DNA of 63,502 bases, counting the filler, from Sphacelaria rigidula (lineage: Eukaryota): NCBI GenBank assembly GCA_964200075.2. It is 4 parts of 4 records of this genome, joined end to end, with 100 filler letters (N's around TTAATTAATTAA, not from the genome) between each part and the next. Parts side by side here need not be neighbours in the genome. Positions count along the whole stretch, not along the records: positions 47,704 to 63,502 come from CAXNAA020001588.1; 3 more parts are not named here. One strand, given 5' to 3'. The position numbers were made by a program, and so were the translations under genes. The notes below the pieces were generated by a model. It did no database searches and was not told where the DNA came from. It saw only the letters and a list, made by a program, of their open reading frames with translations. Shown in pieces: positions 62,852 to 63,502 of this stretch; within the stretch, counting starts at the first letter, position 1, and each line of letters begins with the position of its first letter.

Positions 62852-63502
62852 GGGTGGCATCGTTTTTTTTTGCTCGCCTACGCCGTTTGACTATTGACCG
62901 CGCGACATTCAGCCGGAGCTCCGTTCCTACACCTGATGAATACATACCTGCAGCATTTCTGCACTCATGACGCTTCTTCTAGACCTCATCCCCTTCCTGC
63001 TTCACCTTCTGTGACCACAATCTATCTCCGAGAGTAGCGATCGTTATCCCCGTACAATTCTAGGTGCCAAACAATGCCATACCACCTTTATTCAAATCCC
63101 GAATTTCCCCCTCCATGTATTGCGTGTGGGGTGGTACCTCTGATTCGATATCCATGCGGGAACCACGGCCGCGGCACGGCAAATGCGATCGTCCCCAAAG
63201 GATGCAAGGCGCTCAGCAGTTTGCCCACGAACCGCTTGAAGTACCTCTTCACGTGGTCGTCTGTTAGGGACAGGATGCTTTTCTCGGCATCCAGCGAGAC
63301 GAGGATGAGCTTCGGCTGGCGTGCCACGGACAGGGGGTCGACTCCCTCGATGAGCTCACACCCTCTGCGAAGTAAGTTTATCGCGTGCGTGGTAGAATTC
63401 TTGCGCCTGTGCGAAAAAACAAAGGTCATTCCACGCGGCACATATCGTTATCCGACGGAAGAACGCGGGTGAAGAGCGACCCTGGGGCAGACAACAAAAG
63501 CA

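Overview
Eukaryotic, repeat-rich nuclear DNA, most likely from a brown alga or a related photosynthetic stramenopile. This is an inference from long GT-AG introns, a plastid-type signal peptidase I, a P-class PPR protein and the TE types. The window is not one locus. It is four contigs of almost equal, non-increasing length (1-15803, 15904-31704, 31805-47603, 47704-63502; 15803/15801/15799/15799 nt) joined by an artificial 100-nt spacer (44 N + TTAATTAATTAA + 44 N), so neighbours across spacers are unrelated. Host genes supported: (1) an uninterrupted 897-aa PPR protein with 21 very regular repeats (11124-13817, +); (2) the last two exons of a single-pass membrane protein with SBBP-type beta-propeller repeats (39950-42978, +); (3) the last three exons of a plastid/thylakoid type I signal peptidase (44560-46570, -); (4) probably the last three exons of a membrane protein (648-1527, +). 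The rest is mainly mobile DNA: a decayed chromodomain-bearing Ty3/Gypsy element with its 3' LTR, an RTE-like LINE fragment, putative LTR remnants, and many non-autonomous TIR/foldback elements, several nested or in tandem. I see no convincing evidence of a wholly new multi-gene system. The best leads are the PPR array with a readable RNA-target code, the receptor-like SBBP protein and the MITE families.
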